From a virus (Duplodnaviria; Caudoviricetes): DNA of 64,000 nt. Below the pieces are notes generated by a model. That model searched no databases and had not been told where the DNA came from. It saw nothing but the letters and a program-made list of their open reading frames with translations. Made by a program: the position numbers and the translations under genes. How positions within the stretch are numbered: position 1 is the stretch's first letter; each line of letters starts with the position of its first letter. Shown here piece after piece: positions 1 through 9,969 of the stretch. The DNA lies in IMG/VR virus record IMGVR_UViG_3300028591_000070, positions 1 through 64,000 of that record. The stretch is one strand, 5' to 3'.

Positions 1-49
1 CTTTATAAAACTATTTATATTTTTAATAAATAAAATACCTGGATAATAA

Positions 50-78
50 TTGAATTTTTTGAAAAAAATAAGTATAAT
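50..78 (+). promoter_or_regulatory. sigma70-like (early) promoter TTGAAT-N17-TATAAT
   Basis: TTGAAT at 50-55, 17-nt spacer, TATAAT at 73-78; same pattern recurs at 8027, 34749(-) and 45903. Confidence 0.7.
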
Positions 79-149
79 CTTATTATGGTTTTTAGCAAAT
101 AACAAGCTATATGCTTGATTAAAAAAATATTTATAGGAGATTCTTTTTA

Positions 150-380
150 ATGAAAAAGAACACAACAGCTAAAAACACAACTAAGTCGGCTACACTCACA
201 AGTGTTGTATCAAAGATTGTAAGCACAAAGAAATCAGGAAGTTCATTTACGCGTGATTCTTTCCTTTCTTCAGTTGCTAAGAAGATGCCAAATGCTAATC
301 CGGACTCTGCTCTCCGCATTCTCCGTATGACAGGCAAGGCAACTTACAACCGTACTTCTGGCAAGTACACAATGGCTTAA
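150..380 (+). CDS. small basic hypothetical protein, possibly DNA-binding
   Basis: 76 aa, K/S/T-rich; AGGAG SD, promoter upstream and terminator downstream. Confidence 0.65.
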   Translation: MKKNTTAKNTTKSATLTSVVSKIVSTKKSGSSFTRDSFLSSVAKKMPNANPDSALRILRMTGKATYNRTSGKYTMA

Positions 381-404
381 GTTGGTTTTTAAGTCCTAAA
401 AAAG

Positions 405-432
405 AAAGCCGCTCTTTTGAGCGGCTTTTTTA
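405..432. terminator. bidirectional intrinsic terminator
   Basis: AAAGCCGCTC-TTTT-GAGCGGCTTT with A/T tracts, between convergent genes. Confidence 0.85.
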
Positions 433-436
433 TTCA

Positions 437-3307
437 TTAGCGTTCTGTTACCCAAAGTTTTGCATTTTCTGGAACTCTCATTCCAAGTAATCTATAACCT
501 GGTTCATAAATCTGTCCGGCTTTATCAGTAATCATTGGAACTGTATTCATTCCATCTCTAACATACTGAACATTAAATCCACTATTTCTTAAAGATGTAA
601 CTAAAACAAGAGTTAGTTTATTTCCAGGAACACCATTTACTTCACCAATCTTTATGTAGTCTTTACCCATAAATCTCTCAACAAACATAACTTCTCCAGA
701 TTTTTGGTCAAATATAGGACAAACTGTAACACCTGACTCAAAAGTTAAAGCTTGATAATCTTTTCCATAGATATTAGCACTACAATATGCAAACTGGTCA
801 TAATCTACTTCAGGTTGGTCTTCACCTCCAAAATCCCATTTTAAGTTTTTATAGAAGTCATCCATTTCATTATCTAATGTTTGACTTGCTGCTTCTGCAG
901 CTTGAACTTCTTGATTACCACTTTCTAGTTGATTTTCAACTGCTTCTGGAGAGTTTGCTAATTCCTCAACACCTTCTGTAGGTTCTGTATTAGTTGCTAA
1001 AGCATCATTATTGATTGGAGCAGCCGGAGCTTCTGGTAATTTTTCTTCAACTTGTGGTACCTGATTTGTTACAACTTCCTGAGCATTATTAGGCCTTAAA
1101 ATAGCCATGTCTTTGTCAGTAATCATATGGCCCTTCTGAGTAATCTGGCCAACCATTGGATTTTCAGGGTCAAATGGATTTGTTTCAGGTTTAATTTCGC
1201 CTATGGCTGCTTTTGCATAATCAATATCAAATTGCTTTAATTCAATCTTTGTGCCATCATTTCTAATAATCCAATCACCAACTTTAGCATGAGCGATAGC
1301 ATTATTTGTATTATCAACCTGTTTTGCAATAGTATCTGCTAATAAATCTGCATGTTCTGTCTCAACACCTGGGTTTTGTTCCAAATAAACTTTTTCTGCA
1401 GTTAATTCTTTAACTTGTTCATCATTTACAATTGCTTGTGCACCCTGTTGTAATTGAGCATCACCTTGTTGTAATTTAGAAGCATCTTCAGCAGAAAGTC
1501 CTGTACCACTAAATTGAGCTCCTAAAGCTGAAAGTCCAGATAATGCCATAGCAACACCACCCATAGCAGAAAGAACACCCATACCTTTTCCAAGTTTAGT
1601 TGATGAGTTTTTAGTAGTGTTTATACCATTCGCTGTAAGTTTTGCACCAGTCAATGTCTTACCAATTCCTGAAACTTTTGTTAAAACATCTCCAGATTGT
1701 CCTAAAATCTTACCAACAGCTGAGGCTCCCATAGCTGCACCTGCTACACCACCTAAAACATCTATTCCTGCTTTTACCACATGACCAGTAACAGCATCTT
1801 TTCTTGTGTTTCCAATACCATTTGCAATAGCACCTACACCAGCCATAGCTGTACCAACTGCTGCTAAAGGTGGACATGCAATACCAGCTAATCTAACAAT
1901 ACCACCTGCAGTAAGTAAAACTCTTCCTAATTTGCGATTAAAAATTTCAAACTTAGAGTTTCCAGTGGCATCAAATATAGGTTGAACTTCTTTTGCAGCT
2001 GCTGTGAATACAGCAACTTTATTAGCCAACTCTTCAAATGTTGCTCTAATTTCTTGTTCAGATGTTCTATTTAAGGCGCTTCTTGTATTATTTGCGAAAT
2101 ATTCTTTAGCATTTGCTTTTGCATTAGCATAAGCATTTTGAGCGCTAGTTTTAATCTGATTTCCAATTCTCTGAGCACCTTGCTTAATATTATCCCACCA
2201 ACCTTCATATAAGAGTGACTCAAATAAAATAGAGTCTGCACAATAATTTATGCTCTCATCCATATCAATCATTGAGCTGACTGGACTTCTACTAGGTTGA
2301 ACTTGAGGTTGTGGCTGTTCTTGCTGTACAGCTTGTTCTTTTTCTTGGTCGATGGCTTCAGCCTCTTGAGCAACTTCTTGCTCTTCTTGTTTTATCTCTT
2401 CTTTAGAAACGCCTGCTTCTACAGCAACTTGTTTTGCCATATTAGCAATCTTAAAATCTTTAGAAGTAACAAAACCATCAATTTTTGCTCTACCAAAAAG
2501 ACCTGTATTTCTATCTACAATTTGAATTGCTTTTCTAAGCTGTTCGCTTGATAAATATGAATTAAGGTCTTCTAAAGCGGCTTTTAATTTAGCAATAGCC
2601 TCTTGTGCATTATTGATTTTTTGATTAGCTTTTGAACCTTCAAGATTTGCACCCATCTTGTCAGTTATGGCATTCATTTTATTTACAGCTTTTCCACGAG
2701 CGATAAGGTCTTTACCATTCTCAGAATTAGCAAGAGCAGCAGTGTTATTCTCTAATTCTTGTCTTTTTGCATTTAAAACAGTATTTTTCTTTTCAGCTTT
2801 ATTCTGATTAAATTCTGTTACTTCATCTATTGTGGCTAAGGCAGCTCTAGCATCATTCATCTGAATAGTAAGCTTCTTAATTTGAGAAGCCATTGAACCA
2901 AATAGAGCTTTTTCAGATAAGTGTGAACGATAGAAATCTGCTTCTGTGTCATTGCAAGTTTCAAATAATTGACCAACTTTTGCATAATAAATCTGCTCTT
3001 GTAGTTTATTAGCTTCGGCACATTCTCCTAGGTGTTCTAAAATCCAATTAGCTTTGAAGAAATCACCTCTCGCTAAAGCAATATTAGCTTCTGTTAGTTT
3101 ATTTTCTGGTAAATTAAAATATGATTCAAATAAAGTAGACTCTCTAATAGAGCCTGCATATTGTTCTTCATCTAAAAGTTGTTTTTCTAAAGTATCTACT
3201 GCTTTTTTAAATTCGGCATTAGTCTGATAAATACTTGTAGATTTATAAAATGCTATAGCTTGTTTTCCATTAGCTACCGCAGCATGTAAATTATTTATGT
3301 TTGCCAT
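437..3307 (-). CDS. large putative virion-internal protein (coiled coil plus Gly/Ala-rich hydrophobic region)
   Basis: Start moved to ATG 3307 (MANINN; ACTAA 12 nt upstream); many (I/L)xE motifs (IRES, LFES, LTEA, LYEG); function inferred only. Confidence 0.55.
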   Translation of the reverse strand: MANINNLHAAVANGKQAIAFYKSTSIYQTNAEFKKAVDTLEKQLLDEEQYAGSIRESTLFESYFNLPENKLTEANIALARGDFFKANWILEHLGECAEANKLQEQIYYAKVGQLFETCNDTEADFYRSHLSEKALFGSMASQIKKLTIQMNDARAALATIDEVTEFNQNKAEKKNTVLNAKRQELENNTAALANSENGKDLIARGKAVNKMNAITDKMGANLEGSKANQKINNAQEAIAKLKAALEDLNSYLSSEQLRKAIQIVDRNTGLFGRAKIDGFVTSKDFKIANMAKQVAVEAGVSKEEIKQEEQEVAQEAEAIDQEKEQAVQQEQPQPQVQPSRSPVSSMIDMDESINYCADSILFESLLYEGWWDNIKQGAQRIGNQIKTSAQNAYANAKANAKEYFANNTRSALNRTSEQEIRATFEELANKVAVFTAAAKEVQPIFDATGNSKFEIFNRKLGRVLLTAGGIVRLAGIACPPLAAVGTAMAGVGAIANGIGNTRKDAVTGHVVKAGIDVLGGVAGAAMGASAVGKILGQSGDVLTKVSGIGKTLTGAKLTANGINTTKNSSTKLGKGMGVLSAMGGVAMALSGLSALGAQFSGTGLSAEDASKLQQGDAQLQQGAQAIVNDEQVKELTAEKVYLEQNPGVETEHADLLADTIAKQVDNTNNAIAHAKVGDWIIRNDGTKIELKQFDIDYAKAAIGEIKPETNPFDPENPMVGQITQKGHMITDKDMAILRPNNAQEVVTNQVPQVEEKLPEAPAAPINNDALATNTEPTEGVEELANSPEAVENQLESGNQEVQAAEAASQTLDNEMDDFYKNLKWDFGGEDQPEVDYDQFAYCSANIYGKDYQALTFESGVTVCPIFDQKSGEVMFVERFMGKDYIKIGEVNGVPGNKLTLVLVTSLRNSGFNVQYVRDGMNTVPMITDKAGQIYEPGYRLLGMRVPENAKLWVTER

Positions 3308-3332
3308 AAAATAATTAGTTACTAATTTAATT
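3308..3332. promoter_or_regulatory. back-to-back divergent ACTAA motifs (putative late promoters)
   Basis: TTAGT at 3315-3319 and ACTAA at 3321-3325, each 12 nt from its ATG (3307-, 3333+). Confidence 0.7.
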
Positions 3333-3839
3333 ATGGATGATGAAGCATTAAACACTCAAAATAACTTAAATCTCTTAGCAGATGAAAATAACAATCCTAT
3401 TCAATCTGGACTTGTACCTATTGATTCAAATACTCCAAATGTATCGTTAAAAGTTCCAGAAATTAAGGCTTTATTTACAGAAGGAAACTTTAATAATTGT
3501 GCAGCTCTTATGTCTTCTATTCAGCTTAAGTTTGACTCAGTAACTAGAACTATTGAGCCATTAATTGAGGTTGCACTTATTGAATTATTATCTTCTTCAG
3601 ATAGATATGTTAGATCATTTGCAAATATAGTACCATCTTTTGATGATAATGGACAATTTGTAATTTCATTTAGCTTTAAGTTTACAGTTTCTGCATTTAT
3701 TGTACAAGAAGTAGAATATAATGATGTTCTTACAGATAGCCAGTATATCTTAAATAAGATTAGACCTACTGGAGCAAACTTTACAAAATGTGAAATTGAC
3801 TGTACTGAAGGAACTGTTACAGTAGAGGGTACTATTTAG
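3333..3839 (+). CDS. hypothetical protein
   Basis: 168 aa ORF with ACTAA motif at -12. Confidence 0.7.
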   Translation: MDDEALNTQNNLNLLADENNNPIQSGLVPIDSNTPNVSLKVPEIKALFTEGNFNNCAALMSSIQLKFDSVTRTIEPLIEVALIELLSSSDRYVRSFANIVPSFDDNGQFVISFSFKFTVSAFIVQEVEYNDVLTDSQYILNKIRPTGANFTKCEIDCTEGTVTVEGTI

Positions 3840-4081
3840 TGATAGAATCAGGACAAAAAGTTAAAATAAAAAAGCTCTCAAAAGAGAGCTATTTATTGTA
3901 TAAACAATATAAAAATGAATCACCTTTAATAGTGTGTCCTTGTCATCTTGAAGATAAAATTTTAAAAGTTTCTTTAATTGTTGATAAAAAAATTGCACTT
4001 TTAGAATTTAATGAATCTATAACAATAGCTTACACTAGCGATTTAGTTATTGCTGAAACTGTTCATCACCAAATTCCATAG
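3839..4081 (+). CDS. small hypothetical protein
   Basis: GTG start coupled to upstream stop; contains a hairpin (3873-3890) that may terminate the opposite-strand gene. Confidence 0.4.
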   Translation: MIESGQKVKIKKLSKESYLLYKQYKNESPLIVCPCHLEDKILKVSLIVDKKIALLEFNESITIAYTSDLVIAETVHHQIP

Positions 4082-4694
4082 GATTTCTATTAGCTACACC
4101 TGATGCCATTGCTTCAGCCTGAGCATTCTTAGAAAGAGTTCCTAAAACAAACTGATAATTTTTCCAACCTTCAATCAATCTAAAAATTGTGTCTTTTTCA
4201 TTTTCACATTTAATTACATTTGCTTTAAGTTTTGCAAGCTCTGCCATATAACGCTTACGAACAATCATCTCAATTTCACGCTGAGTTGTAATTCCCTGCT
4301 TACCTAAAGAAAGCTGTTCCTGCTTTACCTGAACATAGAGGCTTGCATAGAAATTGTCATATTTCTCCTGTTCAAAATCATATTTAGAACGAGTTCTCTG
4401 ATAAAGAGCTGTAAGCGCCAAAAGTGTAGACTCATATTCCATAAGAGATTTATTCAACTTATAAAAAGAAGGTGTTTCATCTCCACCAAAGAGAAGGTTA
4501 TCTTGCATATTACTAATCTGTTTTTCAACAAACTTTAATAAATCCTCCTCAGCCTCAGTATAAGTTTTTTCTGCTACTTGAAATAAATCATCTGGTGTTC
4601 CTTCTTCAGTCTTAGGAATAATTACATTTTCTTCTAAAGGTTGGCTCGCAACTATTTTTCCTTCTTGTTCTAATTTCTTTTCAGATCTAGTCAT
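4047..4694 (-). CDS. UvsY-like recombination mediator (tentative)
   Basis: Start moved to MTRSEKK at 4694 (AAGG SD); helical C-terminal half (TTQREIEMIV...KCENEKDTIFRLIEGWKNYQFVL) resembles UvsY. Confidence 0.45.
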   Translation of the reverse strand: MTRSEKKLEQEGKIVASQPLEENVIIPKTEEGTPDDLFQVAEKTYTEAEEDLLKFVEKQISNMQDNLLFGGDETPSFYKLNKSLMEYESTLLALTALYQRTRSKYDFEQEKYDNFYASLYVQVKQEQLSLGKQGITTQREIEMIVRKRYMAELAKLKANVIKCENEKDTIFRLIEGWKNYQFVLGTLSKNAQAEAMASGVANRNPMEFGDEQFQQ

Positions 4695-4803
4695 ATAAAT
4701 TTTCCTTAAAAAAATATTTTTTAAATTTAATATTAACTGTTTTTTGTTATTTCCACTTATTACGTGACCAAAGGTCGGTGGCCTGGTCAACTACTTGAAC
4801 GAC

Positions 4804-4866
4804 AAAAAGTCGTGAAAGTGGTCATCTTTAAATATAATTTAACAGTGACCAGTTTCCAGACTTTTT
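4804..4866. repeat. 63-bp palindromic element, copy 1
   Basis: AAAAAGTCGTGAAAGTGGTCA-21 nt-TGACCAGTTTCCAGACTTTTT; reverse complement of 14900-14962 with 3 mismatches. Confidence 0.95.
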
Positions 4867-4903
4867 AAATAAACTATTCAATAATTTCTACTAACTAACA
4901 TAT

Positions 4904-7189
4904 ATGAGTAGTAATATTATTTTACCTAACGACAATAATGGAAATAAGATTATTAAACCAGGTGACCTCTTATTTCCTACAATTGATATGAATCAAATTC
5001 AGCAAGGACCTAACATTACTGAAAAAGATATGGGTAATGCAGGATTTAAAGACCCTAGAGCTGTCAATGACCTTAAATATATTATTAAAGATATTTTGTC
5101 TGGAGACCCAAAAGCTGCAAAAAGACCTGAATATACAAGCTTGGGTTATGAACAAATGAAGACCGCTATTAAGTGGCTTGAGCAGCAAGGATTAGATGAT
5201 GCAACTTTACAACTTCTTCTTGAGAAACCATATCTTCTTACATTTAAGGATAAGCCTCCTACACCTGAAGAGTTTTTAACATCAAAATATATTGGTGCAC
5301 AGGCCGAATCTGTTTGGTGGCCTGTAAAGAAAAACTTTTTACAATTCTTTGACCCACTAAAACCTTATCGTACAGCTGTATTAAATCCATCCATTGGATC
5401 AGGCAAGTCAACATTTACAATGCTTGCTCTGTTATATGTGGCTTGTCACTTTGCTCTTATGCGCGACCCTTGGAAATTCTTTGGAAAATCTCGTACAACA
5501 GTATTTATTATCGCTTTATGTGCGGTTACACAAGGTAAAGCTAAGGAAATTTATAATGAGCCATTGAGACAGTTAATTGAATCTGCGAGTTTCTGGCATT
5601 GGTGTCGTACTCACCAAGAAATGTTAAATGAAGAAAAACATCTACAAGAAAGTGATACTATTGAATATATTCCATGGACTACAGCTTGTGATGGTGTATT
5701 CCAAACTGGAAATGGATTAAACTGGAAAACAGCTTCAGGTGATGGTAACATTATTGGTTTGAACATTTTGGTTGGAGCTATGACTGAGATCAACTTCTTC
5801 TTGGAAGCTGGTAAAGGCTGGACTCCTGATAAAGTGTATCGTTTCTTCTCTAAATTAAAGGAACGTATTTCAAACCGTTTCCAGTCAAACTATTATGCAC
5901 GTTTTATTCTCGACTCTTCTCCATCTTCATTAGATGACCCAATCCAAAACTGGATGACTTATGATGCTCCAGAAAATCCAAGTAATTATATTTGGCGTGG
6001 TTCTAGATGGAACTTATATCCAGAAGAATTCCCATCATTCTGTGATGTTGAAAACTTACATACATTAGATCAGAAAGTAACAGAACATCACAACTATGAT
6101 GTTGCTTTTAGGTTGTATAAAGGTGGTAGTGGTAAACCTCCTATTGTTTGTGAGACTGAATCTGAAGCAAGTCAATTTGATAATGCTGATTTAATATGGT
6201 GTCCAAAAGAACAAGTAACAAAAAATGGTACTGCATCATTCTTAGGTAAAGCAAAAGAAAACCCATTGGATTTCTTAAAAGACTGGTGTGGCGAGCCTTC
6301 TGGTACTCCAGATAGATTATTCTATCGTGACGACTGGATTGAGGACTGTTTTGATAATGGACTTAAAAACTTATATGGCTCTATTGTAGCTTTAGCAGAT
6401 GAGCAACCTGAGCACCTGATTTGGAATCAGATACAGAATCAATTCTTCTATAAAGTAATGAATAGATATTATTTTTATTATGAGCCAAATGTTCCTCGTG
6501 TAGTATCAGTCGACCAATCTAAATCTCGTGACTGTACTTGTATTTCAATGTCTCATGTTGAAAAAGATCCAAATAGAATTGATGAGCACACTAGATTGCC
6601 AATGACAATTTATGTAACTGACTTTACAATTGTGTTAGTGCCAAAAGGTGGACATATCAACTTGGATGCTATTAAATTTTTTATCTATGACTTGAAAAAT
6701 TTAGGTGGTATAAATCTTAGACATGTTTCATTTGATGGATGGCAGTCGGATCCTGCAAGACAATTCTTAGCAAGAGCTGGAATAAATGTCGACTATGTTT
6801 CAGTTGATAAATTGCCAGAACCTTATTATACATTCTATGATTTGGTTACTCATGGAAGATGGGTTTGTGGTAAAAATATTTTCGTAAAAAATAATATGAA
6901 GTCATTACATGAAGTAAGACGTAAACAAACAGGTACTATTAAAATTGACCACTTTGAAGGCGATCTTGACTATGAATGGGAAAAAGGAAACTGGCAAAGT
7001 AATGTTGTTACTGGATATAACGCAAAAGATACAACTGATGCTATTACTGGAAATATTTGGTTAATGAACTTATATAATAATGAGTTTATTCCACAGAAAT
7101 TCTTTTATAAAGATGCTCAACTAGAAAGAACAGTAGATAACATAGAAAAGAAGAATGCACAATTATTAAGTTCTATGAATTTAATTTAA
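4904..7189 (+). CDS. terL: terminase large subunit
   Basis: PPTPEEFL..YIG, Walker A PSIGSGKST, Walker B-like GAMTE, RNase H-like nuclease motifs VSVDQS, SFDGWQS, KDTTDA. Confidence 0.9.
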   Translation: MSSNIILPNDNNGNKIIKPGDLLFPTIDMNQIQQGPNITEKDMGNAGFKDPRAVNDLKYIIKDILSGDPKAAKRPEYTSLGYEQMKTAIKWLEQQGLDDATLQLLLEKPYLLTFKDKPPTPEEFLTSKYIGAQAESVWWPVKKNFLQFFDPLKPYRTAVLNPSIGSGKSTFTMLALLYVACHFALMRDPWKFFGKSRTTVFIIALCAVTQGKAKEIYNEPLRQLIESASFWHWCRTHQEMLNEEKHLQESDTIEYIPWTTACDGVFQTGNGLNWKTASGDGNIIGLNILVGAMTEINFFLEAGKGWTPDKVYRFFSKLKERISNRFQSNYYARFILDSSPSSLDDPIQNWMTYDAPENPSNYIWRGSRWNLYPEEFPSFCDVENLHTLDQKVTEHHNYDVAFRLYKGGSGKPPIVCETESEASQFDNADLIWCPKEQVTKNGTASFLGKAKENPLDFLKDWCGEPSGTPDRLFYRDDWIEDCFDNGLKNLYGSIVALADEQPEHLIWNQIQNQFFYKVMNRYYFYYEPNVPRVVSVDQSKSRDCTCISMSHVEKDPNRIDEHTRLPMTIYVTDFTIVLVPKGGHINLDAIKFFIYDLKNLGGINLRHVSFDGWQSDPARQFLARAGINVDYVSVDKLPEPYYTFYDLVTHGRWVCGKNIFVKNNMKSLHEVRRKQTGTIKIDHFEGDLDYEWEKGNWQSNVVTGYNAKDTTDAITGNIWLMNLYNNEFIPQKFFYKDAQLERTVDNIEKKNAQLLSSMNLI

Positions 7190-8013
7190 TAATTAAAGAT
7201 GCTTTCTTTTGGTACCTCGAATTCCTCTCCTATAAAGAGAGGAATTTTTTCTTTATCAGCAAAAGCTTTAACTTTATTTAAATCCTTTTCATTTATTTTA
7301 TTTTTAGTAAAGTGAAATAAGAGTTCAAACTTTATTGGATATTTATTTCTATAGTTAATTACTTTTAATATATTTTTAAATACAACACTAAAGTCCGCAC
7401 CAGCTCTAATAGACTCTAATGATTTTTGAGATAGACCATCAAAATCGATTTCTAAGAAAATATGCTCACAAGTATCAACCAACTTTTGGAGTAAGTCTTC
7501 GGTAATCAGTGTTGCATTTGTTGTGATATTTATATTTTTACAATATTTATAAGTTTTCATAATATCTAAAACTTCATTTAGATAAATAAATCCTTCGCCC
7601 CAATCTGTGAGCCAAAGAGTTTTAAATTTATAATTTTTAAGTTTCTCTATAGTGTAGAAATATAATTGCTTTCTTTTTTCAGAGTCATGGTGACCACCAT
7701 ATCGAACATAACACATAGGACAATGTAAATTACATTCCCTACTAATAGCAACTCGTACTGTGCCTACTTCATAATTATTAGATTTCCATACATCTAAGCA
7801 TGTTTTTCCTGGATTCATAACATAGCAATCTACCGGTTTAGTGAAAACTATTTTATTTAAATAATCATAAAAATCATTTTCTGGCAATTCATGAAAATCT
7901 TTATAACTAATCTCTCCTAATGATTGTCCAAGTCTATCATAACAACAATGGGCAATTTTAATTATGTCTTCTTTTTCATTATAAAAAATATCTAAATTCG
8001 TAACACAGTACAT
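7186..8013 (-). CDS. radical SAM protein with N-terminal Cys cluster (orphan paralogue of the island genes)
   Basis: CNLHCPMC (Cx3Cx2C), WGEGF, TTNATL, DFDG..ESIRAGADF; N-terminal C...HCC...C. Confidence 0.88.
   Translation of the reverse strand: MYCVTNLDIFYNEKEDIIKIAHCCYDRLGQSLGEISYKDFHELPENDFYDYLNKIVFTKPVDCYVMNPGKTCLDVWKSNNYEVGTVRVAISRECNLHCPMCYVRYGGHHDSEKRKQLYFYTIEKLKNYKFKTLWLTDWGEGFIYLNEVLDIMKTYKYCKNINITTNATLITEDLLQKLVDTCEHIFLEIDFDGLSQKSLESIRAGADFSVVFKNILKVINYRNKYPIKFELLFHFTKNKINEKDLNKVKAFADKEKIPLFIGEEFEVPKESIFNY
7220..7250 (+). terminator. probable terminator of terL, embedded in the antisense gene
   Basis: AATTCCTCTC-7 nt-GAGAGGAATT followed by a T run. Confidence 0.55.
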
Positions 8014-8026
8014 TTTTAAATTAGTT

Positions 8027-8055
8027 TTGAATTTATTCCTTATGATTGGTATAAT
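8027..8055 (+). promoter_or_regulatory. sigma70-like promoter
   Basis: TTGAAT-N17-TATAAT. Confidence 0.7.
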
Positions 8056-8091
8056 CTATATGTAAAGATTATCATTAAAGAGGTAAAACTT

Positions 8092-8451
8092 ATGGAAATG
8101 AATGAATTGTTTGAGAAGTTTGCTGGTGCTACTGATGACGTAGCAATCTATCTTTTTGGAAAGGCTCTTCAGGATGCTATTGACTCTAAGCTTGAAGCTA
8201 TTAAGCCTAAGATTAATGCTCTTGATTGTGGCAAGTACACTGTAGATGGTGCAGATCGTCAAATTAACGTCATGATGAAAGAAAACTCAGTAATTTCTGC
8301 TGATGCAATTGCTGAACTTTCTGAAGCTGAACTTCGCAAATCTTATAAGCTTACTGAAACAGCCCTTAAGGATCTTGGCCGTAAGGACTTGATCAATAAG
8401 TATAAGACTACTTCAGAAGTTAAATCTTTCCGCGTTGAAAAACTTAAGTAA
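8092..8451 (+). CDS. hypothetical early protein
   Basis: 119 aa; GAGG SD, own promoter and terminator. Confidence 0.75.
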   Translation: MEMNELFEKFAGATDDVAIYLFGKALQDAIDSKLEAIKPKINALDCGKYTVDGADRQINVMMKENSVISADAIAELSEAELRKSYKLTETALKDLGRKDLINKYKTTSEVKSFRVEKLK

Positions 8452-8468
8452 GAGTTTTTTAATCCTAT

Positions 8469-8497
8469 AAAAATGCTCCCGAATGGGAGCATTTTTT
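8469..8497 (+). terminator. intrinsic terminator
   Basis: AAAATGCTCCC-GAAT-GGGAGCATTTTTT. Confidence 0.85.
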
Positions 8498-8521
8498 ATT
8501 TTAAAAGTTAATATTTTCCTT

Positions 8522-9964
8522 ATGGAAACAAATATTACTCTCGCTAGACAGCCAGATTTTCTTGCTGAGAAGAGACTTTTAGCAGCACTTTATAAAAACA
8601 ATAATTATCTAGATAATGAAAAAATAACAGAAGACTTATTTTCAACCGCCTCAACTAAGCATTTGTTTGAGGCAATGCAAAACTTAAAAAATAGAAATAT
8701 TCCTTTTTCCCATGATACACTTTTACAGGAATATTCTATTCTTGACTTAAATGCATCTGATTATGTTGTTGATGTTGTTGTAAATGAAGACCCGGAAGAT
8801 AAAACAAATTACAATAATATAAATGATATTCTTGACCAACTTTATGACTTCAAGAAAAGACGCCAAATCTCAGATAAACTTGAAAAAGCAAAACATATTG
8901 TAGACTCAACAGCAAGATTAACGGATGCTCAGAAAAATGAAATTTCAGAATTGATGGATGACTCTGAAATTCTTATGCAGAAAAATGAAGATCATAAGAT
9001 TTCTGAAGTTATGGACTTTGATGCTTGGTTTAAGCTATATTCTCCTGAATATAAGAAACGCGAAAATGGTAAACAATATTATTTTAATAATTTTATTTTT
9101 GATAGTCTTGTTGAGACAGGTCCATTACCAGGCGAAATTGGAATTTTGGCTTCAGCATCCGGTTCTGGTAAATCTACCGTTTGTACAAACCTTATAAACT
9201 CTTTAATTGAAACAAAAGTTCCATGTATGTATTACTCACTTGAAATGAGTGCTATTTCTATTATGGATCGTCTTTTAGCAAAAAGACTTCAAATTAAATA
9301 TAGAGACATCATCAATCCTTCGGAAGAAGATTTTGAAATGATTAGTGGCCTTATTGAACAAGAGAAAAATGAACTTATTCAGAATAATCTTTTTAGATTC
9401 TCAGAGGATTCCGCTCTTTCTCTTGCAACTTTAAGAAAACAAATTATGAAGTTTCAAGCTGAAATTGGTTCTAAATATTGTATTATTGTATTAGACCTTT
9501 TGTCTATGATTACTGATTTTACAAAATTTCAAAATGGTGCAAACTCTGCTTTTGGTATTGAAGTTGCAATCAATAAATTGAGTTCTATTGCAAAGGAATT
9601 AGGTGTGCATATTATCGGTGTGTTACAGATGAATCGTTCTAAAGAAGCAGCAGTAACACCTCATTGTGTTGATGACCTTATTCGCCTTAAACCATCTATC
9701 GCAGATATTAAAAATGCTGGTGCTTGGGTAGAACGTGGCCGTTATGTTATCACTTGCTTTAGACAAAAATATTATGCAGAGCGTTATCTTCCAAAAGAAG
9801 AATATGCCGACATGGAAGATAGAATCGAGATTTCACTTGTTAAGGTAAATAATGGAGAATTAGATACAATGGAAGCAATGTTCGTTGGAGAATATTTTGA
9901 TGTTATTCCAATTGAACAACAAGGTGCGGACTTTGATTCGCAGGATGATGCATTTACTAATTAA
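8522..9964 (+). CDS. dnaB: DnaB-like replicative helicase
   Basis: Walker A ASASGSGKST, YYSLEMS, IVLDLL, VLQMNR; start moved to METNIT at 8522. Confidence 0.92.
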   Translation: METNITLARQPDFLAEKRLLAALYKNNNYLDNEKITEDLFSTASTKHLFEAMQNLKNRNIPFSHDTLLQEYSILDLNASDYVVDVVVNEDPEDKTNYNNINDILDQLYDFKKRRQISDKLEKAKHIVDSTARLTDAQKNEISELMDDSEILMQKNEDHKISEVMDFDAWFKLYSPEYKKRENGKQYYFNNFIFDSLVETGPLPGEIGILASASGSGKSTVCTNLINSLIETKVPCMYYSLEMSAISIMDRLLAKRLQIKYRDIINPSEEDFEMISGLIEQEKNELIQNNLFRFSEDSALSLATLRKQIMKFQAEIGSKYCIIVLDLLSMITDFTKFQNGANSAFGIEVAINKLSSIAKELGVHIIGVLQMNRSKEAAVTPHCVDDLIRLKPSIADIKNAGAWVERGRYVITCFRQKYYAERYLPKEEYADMEDRIEISLVKVNNGELDTMEAMFVGEYFDVIPIEQQGADFDSQDDAFTN

Positions 9965-9969
9965 TAAAT

